64,000 nt of DNA, taken from Eledone cirrhosa. Taxonomy: Eukaryota. The position numbers and the translations under genes were made by a program. The notes beneath the pieces were generated by a model. It saw nothing but the letters and a program-made list of their open reading frames with translations. It was not told where the DNA came from and did not search any database. The number at the start of each line of letters is the position of its first letter. Position 1 is the first letter of the stretch. Positions 13,772 to 27,999 of the stretch are shown here, piece after piece. Location: NCBI GenBank assembly GCA_964016885.1, contig OZ024759.1:11966001-12030000 (forward strand). The letters run 5' to 3'.

Positions 13772-14199
13772 TCATATATATATGTGTGTATATCCATATA
13801 TATATATGTGCATATACATATATATACATAGACACTCATACACAAACATAAACATATATATATATATATAAAGTTGCTTATGCTTAAATAAATTCATTTA
13901 TTCTTCGTTAGTAATTAATTAAATATTTAGTTTCATTAATTCACTTCAGTCAACAATATTTATATTTTTACTAAAAACCAAATATATAAAATTTTAAGAA
14001 ACTTTTTCTTGAAAAAAAAATAATAATATATATTTTTCACTTATTGCAGCAGAAACTCTATGCAGTTAAAATAAATATAAACTGCTCCTTTTTTTAATTT
14101 TAAATCCCTATTATTAACAATTTTTATTTTAGTTTTCAATTAATTAAACCTCCACATTTTCTACGTCTTCACTCAGCTTGTTGAAATGATTTTCATTAA

Positions 14200-14990
14200 T
14201 TAAAACACCAACATATCCTCATTTGACCATTTTGTTAACATATTAATGTCTATGGTTTTCAAATTATTTTGAAAATAATCAAGGATTTGGAGAGATTTAG
14301 TCATAAAACTAATTTTCACATCTTTAAGTTCATGTCTGGAACACATCTTAACTCAGCTTCTTATATAAAATTACAATAGGTTTAGATAATTATATATACA
14401 CTTTAAGATGGTACTTGGAACATAACTTAACAAAGGTTCTTATATAAAATTATGATGGGAGGTTTTTAGATGAATATATATACACTTTAAGATGGTACTT
14501 GGAACATAACTTAACAAAGGTTCTCATATAAAATTATGATGGGAGGTTTTTAGATGAATATATATACACTTTAACCCTTTAACAGGCCATATCCCACCAG
14601 AATTCTCTCAGCTCTTTCTGTTCAAGCTGACCATAACTGGCCACTCATACTGACATTGAGGTATTGCTCTCAAAATAAATTACATCAAAATCTCATAGAT
14701 TTGATATTATATGACATAATTATGTGAGGTAAAGCTTTTACCATGAAAATATATTAGTAAATATGGAATAATGTAAATGCTAAAAGGTTAAGATGGTACC
14801 TGGAACATAACTTTACAAAATTTCTCATATGAAATTATGATGGAAGGTTTTTAAATAAATATAAACACTTTAAAATAAACAGTTTAGTATCATAGAACCA
14901 GAGGTGTTTGGAAAATATCTTAACAAAGGTTCTTATATAAAATTATGATGGAAGTGTTTTAGATAAATATGTAAACTAGGGGGTCTTCTG
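14200..14990 (+). mobile_element. Dispersed MITE-like repeat with internal 84-bp tandem duplications
   Basis: ggaacataacttaacaaaggttcttatataaaattatgatgg recurs here and near 22080-22612, 49160-49700, 54560-54800 and (inverted) 56684-57160; some copies end atcaaaagRgttaa. Confidence 0.65.
14575..14787. mobile_element. piggyBac-like MITE with TTAA target-site duplication
   Basis: TTAA-CCCTTTAACA..TGCTAAAAGG-TTAA; neighbouring tandem units show the empty site acacTTTAAgatgg. Confidence 0.85.
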
Positions 14991-15511
14991 GCAGTTTTGT
15001 AACAAAATGGTTAATCAGAGTTCTTTTAAACTTTGATACACTGTATTCTTAGTATTCTTTGACAAAGAATATTCTTAATTAGATAGAGAATGTCCATTTT
15101 CAGGTAGGTGGGTCTCTCATCACTTCCTTTAACATTATGGTTTAAAAAACAAACAAGCATTAAAACTAAAAAATTAAGAATTCTTTTACGTTATTTAGTA
15201 GAGGCATAAGGCCTAATAGTGTATTGGACTCCCAGTCATATCAAAATGTGGTTTCAATTCTTTAACTGGGCAGCACATTGTACTCTTGAGCAAGACACTT
15301 TATGTCATGATAAGACTTGGCACCCTCATTAAAACACCTGAGAAACCACAAATGAGAAGTAACTACATAGAAGGCCAGGTAAATCTACATAGGTGTGGGC
15401 TGTGAATTTAATATTTTTAAAAAAATTGTTATTTTATATTTTTATTTTGTTTTAATTTGTCGACATCTGTTGATATTTTTCTCCATTATTATATTGGTCT
15501 AGAAGGGTGGT

Positions 15512-16110
15512 GGATTGGCAGTATCAGTAGAAGGTCGGACGCCATTCTTTGACGCATAGAGTTACGGCCCTTGGCGTTCTGAGTTCAAATCCCGCCGAGG
15601 TTAACTTTGCCTTTCATCCTTACGGGGGTCGATAAAATAAAGTACCAGTAATCTACTGGAGTAATTGCTGGCCTTGTGCCGAAAGTAGAAACAATTATTA
15701 TTATTTGCTTTCGTGGATTGGCAGTATCGGTAGAGGGTCGGACGCCATGCTTTGACGCATAGAGTTACGGCCCTTGGCGTTCTGAGTTCAAATCCCGCCG
15801 AGGTTAACTTTGCCTTTCATCCTTACGGGGGGTCGATAAAATAAAGTACCAGTAATCTACTGGAGTAATTGCTGGCCTTGTGCCGAAAGTAGAAACAATT
15901 ATTATTATTTGCTTTCGTGGATTGGCAGTATCGGTAGAGGGTCGGACGCCAAGCTTTGACGCATAGAGTTACGGCCCTTGGCGTTCTGAGTTCAAATCCC
16001 GCCGAGGTTAACTTTGCCTTTCATCCTTACGGGGTCGATAAAATAAAGTACCAGTAATCTACTGGAGTAATTGCTGGCCTTGTGCCTAAAGTAGAAACAA
16101 TTATTATTAT
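15512..16110 (+). mobile_element. Three near-identical tandem S1 SINEs
   Basis: ~200-bp unit repeated three times, last with a long (ATT)n tail. Confidence 0.9.
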
Positions 16111-16299
16111 TATTATTATTCCTACCACCGCCGCCACCACCACAAACCGCCCACAACAACAACAACAACAGTAATAACAACACAACTATTTACCGCTGCC
16201 GATGGTGATGATCATTTTTATTGGAATAGCAATTTTGTTGCTAAACTTTGTTCTCTCTCTCTCTCCCTCTCTCTCTCTCTTTGTATATATATATATATA

Positions 16300-16416
<117 letters not shown>

Positions 16417-16493
16417 GTGTGTATATATATGTATATATGTGTATATATGTGTATATATATATGTGTATATATATATATGTATATATATATATG

Positions 16494-16626
<133 letters not shown>

Positions 16627-16627
16627 G

Positions 16628-16659
<32 letters not shown>

Positions 16660-16689
16660 CATATATACATATATATATATACACATATA

Positions 16690-16740
<51 letters not shown>

Positions 16741-17024
16741 GGCATAACAAATTATCATTATAGGTAATCCAGTAAGAGGCTGTGAGTACTCTGTGTCGTG
16801 GATAGTTTTAACGTACGGCTTTGTTTGACTCAACAAGATGTTTCCATAGTTAGGCAGTGAGTTCGCGGTAGTTCCTATGTAGGTCACAGGTAAATAATGT
16901 AATGGAGATCGAGTGACGCAACTTCGAGCGTTTAGCAACCTCTACACTCACCTGATCAATGAAACAATTGTTAATACCTGAAATAAAGCCCCTTGTTGTA
17001 CAGCCAACCATGTTACTCTTCATT

Positions 17025-17210
17025 TGGATTGGCAGTATCGGTAGAGGGTCGGATGCCATGCTTTGACGCATACAGTTACGGCCCTTGCCATTCTGAGTTC
17101 AAATCCCGCCGAGGTTAACTTTGCCTTTCATCCTTACGGGGTCGATAAAATAAAGTACCAGTAATGCACTGGGATAATTGCTGGCCTTGTGCCAAAAGTA
17201 GAAACAATTA
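17025..17210 (+). mobile_element. S1 SINE
   Basis: Full match to other S1 copies. Confidence 0.9.
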
Positions 17211-17482
17211 TTTCACTATATATATATATATCCACACATATACACATGATATTGGAAATAAGGAATTATCCTAAATTAAGTTTAATTTCTTCCTTTAATT
17301 AATTATCTAATTATTTCTATAAAGATAGGTTTGTGTATTTGTTTCATTTACGTGATTACTGCTGTTGAAATTTGTGTCCATTGCTCGTTAAATTCTATTT
17401 AAAATTTACTAAATTTGGGGAATTTTAATACTTTTCTTTACCTATGAAACATATCTGAAATTATTTAACTCACGGTTATTTA

Positions 17483-17750
17483 ATCTTCTTGGTACTGTGG
17501 GTGACTGAATGTGCCGATTGAGCGATCTCCCTTCTTTAACCCTCTTGGCACTGTGGGTGACTGAATGTGCCGATTGAGTGATCTCCCTTCTTTAACCCTC
17601 TTGGCACTGTGGGTGACTGAATGTGCCGATTGAGTGATCTCCCTTCTTTAACCCTCTTGGCACTGTGGGTGACTGAATGTGCCGATTGAGTGATCTCCCT
17701 TCTTTAACCCTCTTGGCACTGTGGGTGACTGAATTGAGTGATCTCCCTTT
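17483..17750. repeat. 56-bp minisatellite (~4.5 copies)
   Basis: ggcactgtgggtgactgaatgtgccgattgagtgatctcccttctttaaccctctt. Confidence 0.9.
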
Positions 17751-18507
17751 GATACATAATACAGTATCAAGGGAAGTTTCTAGAATGGAGCTTAACTTAG
17801 TCTTTCATCCTTTTGACGTCAGTAGAGTACCAGTCAAATACTGAGGGTGATTCTTCTTCTATCTTTCCTACTCCCTTGCACTCTCTGCTCTCTGTCTCTT
17901 TCTTTTTTCCTCATGCTCTCTCTCTCTCAAATCAGCTGTACTTAGACCTGGGGAAGAGATAGACTCTACCAAGTATTAACACCCAAGACCAAGATATGCT
18001 ATAGCTCACTGTGGCGTCCCTACGTCTCCATCAACAGTCAAGTGTTCATTATCCTACCATGGTATGGCAGTGATAGCTAAAGACACTGGTATAAGAATGA
18101 TAGATATTAAGATTTTCATTTTACACCCCCCCCCCCATATATATATACACACATGCACCATTACCACCACCTCGGCCCCCACCCTGCACACAAGCAGCAC
18201 CAGCACCGCCATTCCCACCCACTCACACACACACTCACATATATATATACACACATGCACCATCACCAGCACCGCCATCCCCACCCACTCGCATATACAC
18301 ACACACACTCACATATATATATATATACACATGCACCATCACCAGCACCGCCATCCCCATCCACTCGCATATACACACACACACACACTCACATATATAT
18401 TTATATATATATAGCGCTGGTCTCGGGACCCCCCTGCTGGTCCTTTAAAATTGTTCTGGTGACGCAGCTCGATGGAGCATGCAACTACTGATATACTCAT
18501 GTTTATA

Positions 18508-18554
18508 AGCTCTGATGATTCCTGCCATAGTGTATGGATGAAACACTGTTAGCT
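18508..18554 (+). ncRNA. Minimal type I hammerhead in a TA-flanked insertion (~18415-18600)
   Basis: agct-CTGATGA-ttcc..ggat-GAAAC-act-GTT-agct, immediately followed by AATAAA. Confidence 0.7.
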
Positions 18555-18838
18555 AATAAAACAATGTATTTCTAAGTACTCTTTGGTTATTCCTATAACT
18601 ATATATATATTAATATATATATATATGATGGCTGCCCCCTCGTTATCGAGTATGGCCATTGCACGATATACCATTATTAATAATTATTAATTAATTCTAT
18701 CATGCAATGCCTGTGCGTGAAGATATTTTTTAAAGTGAGGAAAGACTGTGCACCGAGCCAATCCCACTCTCTGAGAGACAGTAGCTATAACCCGAAAAGA
18801 AGAAAAGATCAACATCATCGGTAACTACTGAGCCGCAG

Positions 18839-18887
<49 letters not shown>

Positions 18888-19239
18888 GATATTAATAAAT
18901 GGAAACTATATTTATAAAACCATATTTATTTCATTATACATATTTCAGGGATACCAAATTAAATTATGGTATGCCTTCATCAGACAAAATATAATATATA
19001 ACAGTTTTACAAATAAGCTTTGACGTACCCTATTAAACAATGGTTGCATTTTAATAGGGTACGTCAAAGCTTAGTTGTAAAACTGTTATATATTGTATTT
19101 TGTCTGATGAAGGCATACCATAATTTAATTTGGTATCCCTGAAATATGTATAATGAAATAAATATGGTTTTATAAATATAGTTTCCATTTATTAATATCA
19201 TATATCTACTCCAAATACTTGTCGAGTGCTTTATATCAG

Positions 19240-19240
<1 letters not shown>
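18888..19240. mobile_element. Fold-back family C (~155-bp arms) with a hammerhead on each arm
   Basis: Arms ~18888-19038 and ~19050-19199 are near-perfect reverse complements; extra tail 19200-19240; TA on both sides. Confidence 0.9.
19096..19160 (+). ncRNA. Minimal type I hammerhead (mirror copy 18927-18991, minus)
   Basis: tattttgt-CTGATGA-aggcatacca..tggtatccct-GAAA-tatgt-ATA-atgaaata. Confidence 0.85.
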
Positions 19241-19298
<58 letters not shown>

Positions 19299-19535
19299 AG
19301 CACCAGCAGCAGCACCGCCACCTATTGAGACCTGCATGAAGAAAAGATAACTCCTTCCTCCCTTTATAATTGTTCCTTTCTGTTTGGTCTGAGTTATGTC
19401 ATCTCACATAGATATTACCACACATTTGACTCTAAATTCTGTTAACTGTGGCAGTTCTTATCAAGGTTTGTTACCATTTTAGGCAGGAACTTTTCAATGT
19501 TTATTATTATTATTGTTGTTGTTATTATTATTAAG

Positions 19536-19850
19536 GGCGGTGTAAACGCAGTATTTGGTAGAGCGTCAGGCAATGTGCCTTGTAACATAGAGTTATGGCC
19601 CTTTATGTTCTGAGTTCAAATCCCATTGAGGTTAGCTTTGCCTTTCATCCTTACGGGGTTGGTAAAATAAAGTACCAGTAATGTAATGGGGTTGATTTTA
19701 TCGACTTTCCCTCTTCCCCAAAATGACTGGCCTTGTGCCTAAAGTAGAAACAATTATTATTATTATTATTATTATTATCGATAAAATAAAGTACCAGTAA
19801 TGTACTGGGTAATTGCTGGCCTTGTGCCAAAAGTATAAACAATTATTATT
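19536..19850 (+). mobile_element. S1 SINE plus duplicated 3' part
   Basis: S1 motifs; the gataaaataaagtaccagtaat..ggccttgtgcc segment is repeated after (ATT)n. Confidence 0.85.
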
Positions 19851-19983
19851 ATTATTATTATTATGCAATATAATCATTTATTTTGTCTTCTCTCCAAAAC
19901 AAGAATTTTTCTGTAGAATTGGTAATTTTTACTGTTTTATTTTTGGTAAATATTTGTTTTCTGCGGAAGAAGGGTTAAAGAAG

Positions 19984-20048
<65 letters not shown>

Positions 20049-20204
20049 GCGGCGATGAATTAGTTTTGCGAGGTTTTTTATATGAAATCGTGTGTCGAAA
20101 CAGATATTGTTATATTTGGGGAGGGTCATATTTGCGTAATATTGCCAGAATTAATAACAGAACACACTCACTGTTTGGTTGGTTTTCGCCTCTCGCTGTC
20201 TTTT

Positions 20205-20543
20205 ATATATAGCATAAGATGTACAGAGGGTACTTGCAGAAACACGACAACAACATACATAGGCGAGACAGCTCGTAGCATAGGTGAAAGGATAGACCAA
20301 CACTGGGGGGAACTAAAAGGACGAAAAAACGGGTCAGTACTATACGAACATGCTAGACAACATCATGACGGTAACATAGACAACATAGAAATTAGAATAA
20401 TATCTAAACATAGGAATGACCCAGCAGATAGGCAAATCAGAGAGGCCAGTGAAATAGAAATTAGAAGACCAAAGCTAAACAGAAAGAATGAGTGGAACAA
20501 CAACAACACCCAAACAAACAACACTGACCTAAGAGAAGTATAA
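20205..20543 (+). pseudogene. C-terminal GIY-YIG endonuclease of a 5'-truncated Penelope-like element
   Basis: IYSIRC..C..YIGETARSIGERIDQH..SVLYEHARQHH..RQIREASEI..PKLNRKNEW: YIG motif, conserved R/H/E/N residues and CCHH-type pattern, no internal stops. Confidence 0.9.
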
Positions 20544-20824
20544 ATAAATAAGTAAATTAAATTAAATAAAATAAGATAAATAAATACATACACAAGCACA
20601 TAAACACACACTAGTCACCCAGCAGACAACACTATACACACTAGTCACACAGCACACATCACACATAACACTATACACACACGCAAACGCATGCGCAAAG
20701 AAGACAAAATAAAATAAGATAAACAAACAAGCAAATAAATAAATAAATATATAGACAGACTGAACAAAAAAAAAAAAAAAATGGCGTAGACATACAACAC
20801 AACAGGAGGAACAATGAATATAAC

Positions 20825-20866
20825 ACCACTGACGATGTTGCAGATGTGCAACGAAAGATTTATGTA
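20825..20866 (+). ncRNA. Hammerhead-like core in the 3' UTR of the GIY-YIG element
   Basis: CTGACGA-t-gttgca gatg tgcaac-GAAA-gat-TTA; stem II strong, stems I and III weak. Confidence 0.55.
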
Positions 20867-21069
20867 AACTATATATATATGTGTTTGTCTATATTGTATC
20901 TGTATTATTTTTGACCGCCGGTCAGTCAATGGCAACATTGAGGACCGAGTAAGTTAGATCGCAGATATATATATATAAAAGACAGCGAGAGGCGAAAACC
21001 AACCAAACAGTGAGTGTGTTCTGTTATTAATTCTGGCAATATTACGCAAATATGACCCTCCCCAAATAT

Positions 21070-21459
<390 letters not shown>

Positions 21460-21497
21460 CGTATGTATATATATATATATATATACGTATGTATATA

Positions 21498-21529
<32 letters not shown>

Positions 21530-23623
21530 CGTATGTATATATATATGTGTATATCTATATATATATATATATACGTATGTATATATATATGTGTGTATAT
21601 ATATATGTATATATATATATATGTGTATATGTATGTATGTATGTATATATATATGTGTATATATATAGTTAACCACATTTAGTTGTAACAATGTTATTGG
21701 TCTAACCCTAAATAGGTGGAAACTAATATATAGTCAACTGAATATCTCTTGGTACTAATTTTACAGGGACCTCTTTTACAAAATGTTACCCTTAATTCAG
21801 CCCCCACCCCCTCTCCCTAATTTAGCCCCACGCTAGAGTAACTCCCAGCTCGTACACACAAGACATTGCAATATAAATGTTACTTCAGCCCCATACCAGA
21901 GTGTAATCTTGGCTCTGTCAAGACACCACAACAGTACATATTTATGTGACCCCTAATTCCGCCCCACAGCTATTAATGTCAGTCCTGTATTAACCTTCCT
22001 ACACACTGAAGCCCCAGTTCAACAGTGGTGTTATATAGCTGTATGAAAGACCCTGCTCTCAACAGAGTTTGGTATAAATACAAGTATTTGCCATGGTTGA
22101 AAGTGAAAACATATTTTAATTACTACAATAGATTTATTTTTCACAATAACAATTTTTTAAAATATGCTAAACCCCTTCATTTGCATATTTCTAATGAAAG
22201 GCACTAAGTAATATTTCTAAATTATTTTGAAAATAATTTTAAAAATTAGAAGGATTTAGTAATAAAACTAACTTTCTCGTTATTAAGCTGTGATGTTTGG
22301 AACATAACTTAACAAATGTTCATACATAGAATTATGGTGGAAAGGTTTTAGATAACTATAAATAACTTAAAGTTTTGTATTGTAAAACCAGGTCAAATTT
22401 TAGGTGGTTTGCCATCAAAAGAGTTAATACAAATTGTCACAATAATCTGTCCACCAGTAAATAAATATCTTGATTAACAAACCTGTTTTTAGATGTTTTC
22501 TGCTAATTTTAGTTCCATACAAATATGATGAAAGTGTTTATAGAAGCACTTTAAAACCACAAGTGTTTTGTTATAGGACCAGGGGTGGTTTTAGGTGATA
22601 TCAAAAGGGTTAATCTTTATTCATTAAACTGTTTTTACAATCTTCTGTAGTTCAGTCAAGAATATTTGTATATTTTTCCAATCTTTATAACTTTATGAAA
22701 GTTTATCTCAGTTGAGTTTTTTCTAAGAGCTGTGTTGTGATTTCTACTACTTATTCATGGAAATAAAAATAACAATCAGTTATTTTTTTATTTTTATTTG
22801 TTTTGTCTTTGGTGGTTGTTTCCAACTTTTCAAGCCATTGTTTGGTTCTGGTGAGGAATTTCCTGTAGTTGTTGCTTTATATTGGTGATATTTGTTGTTT
22901 TGTTCTCTTCTCTACCAACACTTACAGAATTCTGAGGTACTGAGTTAGTTTGGTACAGTTTAGTACTGGGGGGGTACAGTAGGGTCGCTCTGTGGGGGTA
23001 GTTTGGTACAGTAGTAGCATAGTACTGTGGGGGGTACCATAAGCAGATTTCAATAGAAGCGTTGGGCATAATTAGTAAGCACTGATCCTGAAAATTGACA
23101 CTCATGAATTATATGTATGCAAGGATATCAGAGACATAACCGAGATAGTAAATAGTTCCATTATGGAAATATATAAAGAGAAAAATAGCAAATTCTTTCA
23201 TTATTGGTTGTGCCATATAAATATAGTTATTACATTTTGGAAGATTTCTCTTAGCCATTTATAAACACACAAAAATTGTTAACTTTCTGGACATCTATCT
23301 TTTATATTTTGGTGTCAAAATTTTCATCACACTTTTTGTGACCTGGTCACAGATACTACTACAGTAGGATGAATATTTTTGACACCAAGAAATAAATAAT
23401 AAACGTGAAGAGAGGTTTACAATTTTTGTGTGATTTTGAATTGCTAAAATTTTTCTTCTGCAATGCAGTAACTTTACTTTTCATACACAGTCTCAGATCA
23501 AGTCATTTTATACACACACACACACATATATATATGTATATATATGTAGGTGTGTGTCTCCATGTATGTATAGATATGAGAATGGGACAGAGATTATCTT
23601 TATCTGACTTAATATATATATAT

Positions 23624-23870
23624 AATAGAATAGCTTTCACCGTATTTTTTTACTAAAGAAATTTTAGTCTGATAATGGGGTTTAGAACCCTCAGATAAAT
23701 GGAAAAAGATGAGTATTGACGTACATGTACGTCAATCCTCATCTTTTTCCATTTATCTGAGGGTTCTAAACCCCACTATCAGACTAAAATTTCTTTAGTC
23801 AAAAAATACGGTGAAAGCTATTCTATTTTCTAATTTCAAACCTGCTCACTGTTTCAAAACATATTTTCTT
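23624..23870. mobile_element. Near-perfect ~200-bp palindrome with 3' tail (family E)
   Basis: 23624-23726 mirrors 23727-23828 around gacgtacatgtacgtc. Confidence 0.85.
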
Positions 23871-24104
23871 AATATATGTACATGTGTGTGTATCTCTATG
23901 TATGTATATATATATGAGAAAAAGATACAGATTATCTTTATCTGACTAACATGTGTTCACTCTGAGGAGAAATTTATTTATTACTCTTTCATTGAGTGCT
24001 TTGTAACAGTCTTCGATGATTTGAGTGCTCATCTGCTACTTGAGGCTGCAACTTTGATTGCATTTATTACTATTATATATATTATATATATATATGTATA
24101 GTGT

Positions 24105-24391
24105 ATATAATGGTGAAATACTGGACTGGTGGTGGTACCAACTCAAGCACTCTATCCACAGGCAGAGTGTATATAATAGAAAAAAATGAGGAAGTTTTGT
24201 TTACATATAAAAAATATTTATTGTGTATCTTTTGTCACATAACCAGTCTGAGGATCAGATTGATATTGGAGTCAGGTCCATAATTCCTATGGGTAACCTT
24301 CATAAGCCAATCCTCTTTGAAATACACATAACAGGTTGATACACAATAAATATTTTTTATATGTAAATGAAACTTCTTTTTTTTTTTCTAT

Positions 24392-24400
<9 letters not shown>
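24105..24400. mobile_element. Fold-back family F with long-stem-II hammerhead (24241-24337, +)
   Basis: Arms ~24170-24230 and ~24338-24398; aaccagt-CTGAGGA-~64 nt-GAAA-tacac-ATA-acaggtt, then AATAAA. Confidence 0.7.
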
Positions 24401-24422
<22 letters not shown>

Positions 24423-24601
24423 TTTCCTGACTCAGTTTTCTCGTTGCTTTGGTCCCTGCGGCTGGCTTAATGGTCGCTGTCTAAACGTAATGTTATAACT
24501 CTAAGGTAAAATACCTTATTGAGTGCTTAGCTGCATATTCCGATTGCATTCGTTAGCTTGGCTGCAGCCAGAGCTTTGATTATGTTCTACTTCCATTTGT
24601 G

Positions 24602-24635
<34 letters not shown>

Positions 24636-24690
24636 TATACACATATATATATATTATATATATATATACACATATATATATATTATATAT

Positions 24691-24742
<52 letters not shown>

Positions 24743-24935
24743 TATATATATATATACACATATATATATATTATATATATATATGAAAAAAGAGTCCCAC
24801 ATGGCTAAAAACATATAAATGTGGGCAAAGACAGGAAAATGAACTAATGCAGACAATATTTATTTCTATTAGTCAGCTGATGAGATGGGACTGTCTCTAT
24901 TCGTTAATTTTCATGTCTTGGCCATGTTTTTTATT

Positions 24936-25005
<70 letters not shown>

Positions 25006-25009
25006 TAAA

Positions 25010-25172
25010 TTAGCGAGAATCGTATTTCAGCTCAGGAATTAACGAAAATCAACATCCGATATGTGTGGCAAGCGCTCGATGATTCATGTGAATCAGAGCT
25101 ACAACATACGTTAAGGGCCAAACACACTGAGATGATGGTTAAACATATCATCTGCACAGCCAAAACAAACGA

Positions 25173-25176
<4 letters not shown>
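25010..25176 (-). mobile_element. TA-flanked tail fragment, family G
   Basis: Homologous in reverse to 53340-53535; carries the tail hairpin at 25071-25099. Confidence 0.75.
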
Positions 25177-25212
<36 letters not shown>

Positions 25213-25218
<6 letters not shown>

Positions 25219-25395
25219 AATTCCATTATAACGAAATTCAAGGGTATAAAAAAAATCCATTGTAAAGAAAAATTCTTTATAGCGAGATTGACTGAAACAA
25301 ATCAACTATTTGTTATTACCATGGAGATTGAAAAATATTTCGTTATACTGAATAATTTCTTATAATGGTATTCAATTATAAGGGAATTTTACCTA
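25213..25395. mobile_element. Tc1/mariner (pogo/Tigger-like) MITE
   Basis: Imperfect TIRs agtgaaattccattataa / ttataagggaattttacc with TA ends and internal cgttata repeats. Confidence 0.6.
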
Positions 25396-25555
25396 CCCAT
25401 GCTAGCATGGAAGATAGACATTAAACAATGATGATGAGTATATATATATATATATATATCAATGCAAAATGTTCAATAAGTTTGAAGAAAACTGGTGAGA
25501 GAACTAAGGTGAACACTCGATTCACAGGTTTGATGTGATTTTTGTTGCGTTAACA

Positions 25556-25642
25556 CTGGTCTGAGGATCGGGCAGACTTGGAGTCTGGTCTGGAATGTTT
25601 TCCAGATCACGAGCCGGCTGCTTGAGAAATATTTGTAACCAG
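25556..25642 (+). ncRNA. Type I hammerhead with extended branched stem II
   Basis: ctggt-CTGAGGA-tcgggcag..(ggtctggaa tgtt ttccagatc)..ctgcttga-GAAA-tattt-GTA-accag; AATAAA at 25651. Confidence 0.8.
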
Positions 25643-25707
25643 GATTGAGCAATAAATCTCCTATGTAACTCCTCCACTTTGTTCTTATATATATAAGAAT
25701 AACGAAC

Positions 25708-26250
25708 AAAGATGTCAATGTTGTATCGTAACATATTTAATAACACATTACATATGTTTCATTGTTGATCAGCTCGAGGACCAATCTGTTATTGTCGAAC
25801 CTGACTCTGGGATCGAAAGATGCTCAGATATGCTTCAATATGTAAGCTCGTCTTTGATTTTGTGTGACTGTGACTATCTCCAGTGCCTTGTTATATTTAA
25901 CACATTCCAACAACGTGGTATTCTGCGGTCTCCATTCATTGGTTCATTATTCATGGATAGTGAACCAATGAATATCACAAGGTACTGGAGATAGTCAACA
26001 CAAAATCAGAGACGAGCTTACATACTGAGGCATATCGGAGGATCTTTTGATTGCAGACTCAGGTTCGATCAATAATAGATCATTCCTCGAGCTGATCGAC
26101 AGTGAAACATGTGTAATGTGTTATTAAATATGTTATGATGCAACTCTGATTCTTTGTTCCTTATTCTTATACTTTTATACTCTGCTCTGCACGAGCATTG
26201 AGTGCTCACCTGGTTTACCACCTATGGACACAATTATCTTGCACCTATAT
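25708..26250. mobile_element. Diverged fold-back family H with hammerhead-like core (26020-26119, CTGAGGC variant)
   Basis: Arms ~25711-25897 and ~25971-26170, inner hairpin 25935-25972, GAAAC-atgt-GTA, tail hairpin 26179-26206. Confidence 0.75.
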
Positions 26251-26264
26251 ATATATATGTATAT

Positions 26265-26692
26265 ATAATGTAGGAGGTGAGTTTTATTGTAGTACAATAA
26301 AGCAATGCAGATATCGGATAAGTAGCACTCTACAGTTTGTAGGACTGGAGTATACATAATATATAAGATCAAAAGATGGTTAAAAGAGTTCCATGTATTT
26401 TATTATGCGAATTTCAAAAACAAATATCATTATGCAATAACATTTGCGTTTTCGTCAGATAAAATAGGGAGACATGATATGAAGGTTAAAACACACTTGT
26501 GAATAGTGCAGTGAATAGTGATATGTTGATTTAAAACTGCACTATTCACAAGTGTGTTTTAACCTTCATATCATGTCTCCCTATTTTATCTGACGAAAAC
26601 GCAAATGTTATTGCATGATGATATTTGTTTTTGAAATGCGCATAATAAAATACATGGAACTCTTTTAACCATCTTTTGATCTTATATATTAT
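26265..26692. mobile_element. Fold-back family I (~155-bp arms)
   Basis: Arms ~26356-26512 and ~26535-26692; tail with hairpin on the minus strand (26324-26351). Confidence 0.9.
26582..26652 (+). ncRNA. Minimal type I hammerhead (mirror copy 26396-26466, minus)
   Basis: tattttat-CTGACGA-aaacgcaaatgtt..gatatttgttttt-GAAA-tgcgc-ATA-ataaaata; 8-bp stem I, palindromic stem III ATGCGCAT. Confidence 0.88.
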
Positions 26693-27999
26693 ATATATAT
26701 ATATATATATATCCCACCCTTGCAAGCAGAGAAAAGCGGACGTAAAATGATGATATATATATAGGTACACAAGCTAACCATAAGCCATTGAGTGTAGTAA
26801 CCAAGAAACAAGAAACTGAGAATTGTTTAACATATAGAAACATCAAAAGTGTTTTACAAAATAAACAGTTTTGATGTTTAAATCCATTTGTTTACCATCT
26901 CAATTATGTCTCTGATCTTGTTGCATATTTATGATTCATAAATGTCAGTGTTTGTGAGCAGTGTTTTGACAGTTGTGCCAAAGGAATCATTATACCCCCC
27001 CCCCCCCTCTGTGATATACTGTTAGAGATATTTAGGACTTCAATCTTTCCTCCTATATTTATTTCTTCTTTTTATTAAAGAGGGAAAAAAAAGACTTGCT
27101 CTGGCAATTTCTTGTGCTAATTGAAGGCATTTGTTGGGTTTATTTAGTTTATGTATTTCGATGATAAAAGTTTCTCTTTTCGGAGTTAGAAGGGCAGTCT
27201 GGTGTGTCAGCTGGGAACCAGATGCAATCCTGCCATTGAGGTAATAAAAAAGTGAGCAAATAAAGAGGTTCTTCTTCTCCCCCCCTCTCATCATCACCAT
27301 CACCCTCCTCCTTCCTTTTCTGCCTCCTCCTCTTCTTTCCCCACCTTCTATTCCTTTCTCTCCCCCCCCCCACCTTCTATTCCTTCCTCTTCTTTCCCCC
27401 ACCTATTTCCACCTCTTCCTCTTCTTTCCCCCCACCTTCTATTTCCACCTCATCCTCCACCTCTTCCTCCATCCCCCCACCCACACAGCCCCTGGGAGGG
27501 AACATAGGGAGAAGACCTCTTGTTTAATCAAGAAAAATACAATTTTCTGAAAGAAATGAAATGAAACCATCCAACATGGCTGCATACAACTAAATGTGGG
27601 ACATAAAGAACAAGATTCTATATACACCATAGATTAATAAATTAGATCTGTTGTTGTTTTTTTTCATTTAGGTGGAGTGGGGGAATTATAATTTGGGGGA
27701 TTATCTCACCATCCCAGCCATATTTCTCTCTCTTAATTTTGTAAAAACTGTTAAAAACAGAACAAAAATATTCTGTAATATTTAAAGAAATGTTTAAATA
27801 TTGTTATTTGTTTTTTGTTGTTGTTTGTTTTTTTACCAAAACATTTTGTGAATTGATTTTAAAAAGAAAATATAATAAAATGATGACTAAAACTGTAAAG
27901 AGGTGGAAGTTACACGTACATTTGGACAAATAGAAGCAATTTGGATATGATGTCACCATTAAATGTAATTAGAATTGTTTAATAACTAAAATGTATCAA

